From assembly GCA_018660225.1 (NCBI GenBank), contig JABJKT010000055.1, forward strand, positions 641 through 64,640: a stretch of 64,000 nt of DNA, given 5' to 3'. Position 1 is the first letter of the stretch. Every line of letters starts with the position of its first letter. Of this stretch, positions 61,092 to 64,000 are shown one piece after another. The notes below the pieces were generated by a model. It saw only the letters and a list, made by a program, of their open reading frames with translations. It was not told where the DNA came from and did not search any database. The translations under genes and the position numbers were made by a program. This DNA comes from Kordiimonadaceae bacterium (lineage in GTDB: Bacteria > Pseudomonadota > Alphaproteobacteria > Sphingomonadales > Emcibacteraceae).

Positions 61092-61145
61092 ATATTAAAA
61101 GCAACTAAAAAATATAATTTTACGTAAATAATTGATATTTAATTT

Positions 61146-62147
61146 ATGGATGAAGATAAAATGACAAATACCCGTCGCCGCGTTTTAAAAATTATAGCTC
61201 TCTCGACTGGCGTTGCTATGGCCCCGAACGCCTTGCTAGCCGCCAAAAATAAAACTGAAATGTTTGAATGGCATGGCCGGGCACTGGGCGCGGAAACATC
61301 TATTCAGCTTTACGGGGAAGATAAAGAAAAAGCAGATGCCGTTCTTCAAAAAGCAGCCACTATTATTAGCAAATATGAAAAACTGTTTAGTATTTATGAT
61401 GAAAATTCAGCAACCTCGACATTAAATAAGGCAGGCGCACTTGAAAATTCTCCCGAAGAATTTATTGATCTTTTAAAACTTTCAAAGAAATTCAGCACCG
61501 AAACGGATGGCGCTTTTGATATCACCATTCAACCACTATGGAATTTATACCGAAGCCATTTTGACGGCGATGATCGTGAGCGTCTCGAAGGTAAAATATC
61601 AGCGGCACTGGATATCATTGGCTCAGATAAAATAACCATCACTGAGAATGATGTTTCATTTGCTAGGGATAATATGGCCGTCAGCTTTAACGGTATCGCC
61701 CAGGGCTACATCACCGATAAAGTAACAGAATTTTTAACCGAGCAGGGCTATAAAAATGTCCTCGTCGATATGGGCGAATATCGCGCCGCGGCTCCTCAAG
61801 CCAACGGTGAACCATGGCGCATCGGACTACTCGACCCCTTTGATACAGTTTCAATCGCCGATGTCATTGAAATAGACAGCGGCGCAGTAGCAACATCCGG
61901 CGGCTACGGCAACCAGTTCGACGCCAGCGGAAAACATCACCACCTGTTTAATCCGGCGACAGGACTAAGTAGCGATCGCTATGCTTCTGTCACCGTGAGG
62001 GCAGCAGACGCGACAACCGCCGATGCGCTATCAACTGCCTTTTCCAATATGGCGGTAGGCGATATTAAGAGCACTTTATCTAAACATCTTGATGCTCAAG
62101 CCAGATTAACTTTTCAAAACGGTAAAGTGACAACTCTGGTTTCTTAA
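61146..62147 (+). CDS. apbE: FAD:protein FMN transferase (ApbE family), Tat/periplasmic
   Basis: TRRRVLKIIALSTGVAMAP signal. AFDITI, GIAQGY, ATSGGY motifs of ApbE. The start may be the internal MTNT (61161). Confidence 0.85.
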   Translation: MDEDKMTNTRRRVLKIIALSTGVAMAPNALLAAKNKTEMFEWHGRALGAETSIQLYGEDKEKADAVLQKAATIISKYEKLFSIYDENSATSTLNKAGALENSPEEFIDLLKLSKKFSTETDGAFDITIQPLWNLYRSHFDGDDRERLEGKISAALDIIGSDKITITENDVSFARDNMAVSFNGIAQGYITDKVTEFLTEQGYKNVLVDMGEYRAAAPQANGEPWRIGLLDPFDTVSIADVIEIDSGAVATSGGYGNQFDASGKHHHLFNPATGLSSDRYASVTVRAADATTADALSTAFSNMAVGDIKSTLSKHLDAQARLTFQNGKVTTLVS

Positions 62148-62168
62148 ACAGTAATCGAATTCTCTCCT

Positions 62169-62263
62169 TCGTCATTCGCTTACTTGATCGGCGAATCCAT
62201 TCAGAAATGGAAAAATCTCCCACGTTTATAGATGGACTCGCCGACCAAGTAGGCGAGTGACGA
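62169..62263. repeat. long imperfect inverted repeat (about 32-bp arms, 31-nt loop) downstream of apbE
   Basis: cgtcattcgcttacttgatcggcgaatcc (62170-62198) versus the reverse complement of ggactcgccgaccaagtaggcgagtgacg (62234-62262). There are 4 differences, all transitions. Each arm also contains its own 6-bp hairpin (ATTCGC/GCGAAT; ACTCGC/GCGAGT). Confidence 0.6.
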
Positions 62264-62413
62264 TTGTTAACTTGATGCGAGTTGGTTTTATTTATTTAAA
62301 CAACTTCACGATCCCCACATTTGTGTTTTCCTGCCCCTTACTATAACATTTCAGAAAACTGGCGCAGGTATTAAGGCCTTGCTGCGTATAATGCTGACAT
62401 AAGGGGTTACAAA

Positions 62414-63700
62414 ATGAGTTCTGAGGGAAAGATTTCGGGGCAGATAAATAAGTTTAAGAGTGTTTTTGAAAAAGAAGGCGCTGCTTTTGTTTGGTCGTTT
62501 CTTTATTTCTTTGCGCTGCTGACGGCTTATTTCATCCTCAGGCCTATTCGTGATGCCATGGGGATTGCTAGTGGGGTCGGGTTCCTTCCTTGGTTATTTT
62601 CGGCGACATTTGTTGTGATGCTGGTGGTTATGCCGATTTACGGCGCGCTTGTTTCGCGCTATCCGCGGCGAAAGTTTATCCCTTATGTTTATCTGTTTTT
62701 TGCCTTAAATCTGGTGATGTTCTGGTATTTCTTTGCCAATAATATTCGTATGGATATCGTGGCGCAGATTTTCTTTGTCTGGCTTAGCGTTTTTAACGTC
62801 TTTGTGGTTTCTATATTCTGGAGCTTCATGGTCGATATTTATAAATCAGGTGATAGTAAAGTGTTATTCGGGCTTATTGCTTCGGGGGGTACCATTGGTG
62901 GTATCGTTGGGCCGAGTATCGTTACCTTTGGCGCTGATGTACTTGGCACGGGAAGCCTGCTGCTTATATCTGCGGCGATTTTGCTGTTTGCTATTTTTTG
63001 CGTTAATAAGCTGGTATCGCTTCGCCGTGATGATCTTGAAGAAACGGAAAGTGCTAATGATAACCAGACACAGGCCATCGGCGGCGGCATCATGTCCGGG
63101 GTGACGGAAGTGTTTAAATCACGCTACCTTATGGGAATAAGCACGCTGGTGTTCCTGCTTTCCTTAACTGCCACATTTGCTTATTTCCAGCAGGGCAGCA
63201 TGATTTATGATGCTTATCCTAATACGGATGAGCGTGTGATGATATTTGGGCAAATCGATCTTTATGTGTCGATTTTTGCCTTTATCTTTCAGGTGTTTAT
63301 TTCCGGGCCGGTTCTATCAAACTACGGTGTTAAAGGCGGGATTATCATATTACCAATTATTACGCTTGTTGGTTTTGCGTTGCTCAGTATTTCCCCAACC
63401 ATTGGCGTGTTCGTCATATTCCAGACACTAAGGCGTGCTAGTGAATATGGCATGTTCGTGCCGTCACGTGAAAACCTGTTCAGCGTGGTAAGTCGCGAAC
63501 AGAAATATAAATCGAAAAACTTCATCGACACGGTGGTGTTCCGGGGCGGTGATGTGGCCAACGGCTGGTTTTATAATTTACTAAATTCGGCCATGGGGCT
63601 TTCGATCAGTGCCATTGCGATGATAGGGGTTCCTATCGCGGCAGTTTGGGGTGTGCTTGCTTGGCGACTTGGAAAAACACACGAGGAAAAAGCGTCATAA
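62414..63700 (+). CDS. MFS-type transporter, TLC/NTT (nucleotide exchange transporter)-like
   Basis: About 12 TM helices. The first TM ends in LTAYFILRPIRDAMG, which resembles the conserved N-terminal motif of TLC-like MFS proteins. Substrate unknown. Confidence 0.65.
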   Translation: MSSEGKISGQINKFKSVFEKEGAAFVWSFLYFFALLTAYFILRPIRDAMGIASGVGFLPWLFSATFVVMLVVMPIYGALVSRYPRRKFIPYVYLFFALNLVMFWYFFANNIRMDIVAQIFFVWLSVFNVFVVSIFWSFMVDIYKSGDSKVLFGLIASGGTIGGIVGPSIVTFGADVLGTGSLLLISAAILLFAIFCVNKLVSLRRDDLEETESANDNQTQAIGGGIMSGVTEVFKSRYLMGISTLVFLLSLTATFAYFQQGSMIYDAYPNTDERVMIFGQIDLYVSIFAFIFQVFISGPVLSNYGVKGGIIILPIITLVGFALLSISPTIGVFVIFQTLRRASEYGMFVPSRENLFSVVSREQKYKSKNFIDTVVFRGGDVANGWFYNLLNSAMGLSISAIAMIGVPIAAVWGVLAWRLGKTHEEKAS

Positions 63701-63718
63701 CTTAAACGGAGACTTGTA

Positions 63719-64000
63719 ATGAATAATAATATCACCCGTAAAGAGTTTTTAAAATTAACCGCTGCTGCGGCTGCGGGGGCGGCGTTATCGTCACTGCCGG
63801 GAACGGCAAATGCGCAAGCAGGCGATCTTCTGCACCGGCCAATTCATTCAACCGGTGAAATGATCCCGGCCATTGGTCTTGGCACGGCTAGTGATGGTTT
63901 TGGACGCATGAATAATGATGCGCAGTATAGCCAGAGAAAGAACGCCATTGAAGCGCTGATCGCTAATGGTGGCTCAGTCATTGATACCTCACCAACTTAC
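63719..64000 (+). CDS. aldo/keto reductase with Tat-like signal (5' partial, runs off the window)
   Basis: ATG 63719. TRKEFLKLTAAAAAGAALSSLPGTANAQ signal, then IPAIGLGTA and VIDTSPTY, typical AKR N-terminal motifs. Open to the window end. Confidence 0.6.
   Translation, partial: MNNNITRKEFLKLTAAAAAGAALSSLPGTANAQAGDLLHRPIHSTGEMIPAIGLGTASDGFGRMNNDAQYSQRKNAIEALIANGGSVIDTSPTY

Larger units (their letters stand above)
61041..61106. repeat. 28-bp-period direct repeat (24/26 identical) plus a 14-bp perfect inverted repeat
   Basis: gttgctattaataattattattaata (61041-61066) versus gttgcttttaataatgattattaata (61069-61094). agttgcttttaata (61068-61081) pairs perfectly with tattaaaagcaact (61093-61106). 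Confidence 0.65.

Overview
Gene-dense 64-kb chromosomal segment with about 58 protein-coding genes on both strands. I recognised no rRNA, tRNA, CRISPR array, transposase, integrase or known defence gene. All family assignments come from reading motifs in the supplied translations; no database search was possible. Protein resemblances (UppP, RecQ, PobA, AgaS/AgaZ) and two CtrA-type boxes suggest an alphaproteobacterium, possibly marine; this is inference only. The content is mainly catabolic. It includes many amidohydrolases and peptidases with Sec or Tat signals. It has an agaZ-agaS-kinase amino-sugar cluster without agaY, and a ureohydrolase/deacylase/pobA cluster beside an AraC regulator. 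It has a GMC dehydrogenase with a Tat 'hitch-hiker' subunit next to a DUF1080 gene, and an Lrp-linked methionine-gamma-lyase/BKACE/nitrilase operon. It also has a Rieske oxygenase/M20 hydrolase group, a dadA-nhaC pair, and a PaoABC-like periplasmic molybdoenzyme divergent from a cytochrome b operon. Finally there is a porin/FMN-binding protein/uppP operon divergent from apbE. I found no clear-cut novel system. The best candidates for something undescribed are five. (1) A 708-bp, extremely AT-rich, ORF-poor gap between two convergent gene ends. It carries three ~40-bp phased repeats, two perfect TTAA-N7-TTAAC boxes and a good sigma70-like promoter. (2) Twin perfect 7-1-7 palindromes (Fur-box-like) between the porin/FMN-binding operon and apbE. 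(3) The lipobox-bearing Tat molybdoenzyme with an unannotated 47-codon membrane ORF, facing a cytochrome b operon that encodes two unknown proteins. (4) An in-frame TAG splitting a cytochrome c/beta-propeller gene. (5) A 32-bp imperfect inverted repeat downstream of apbE.
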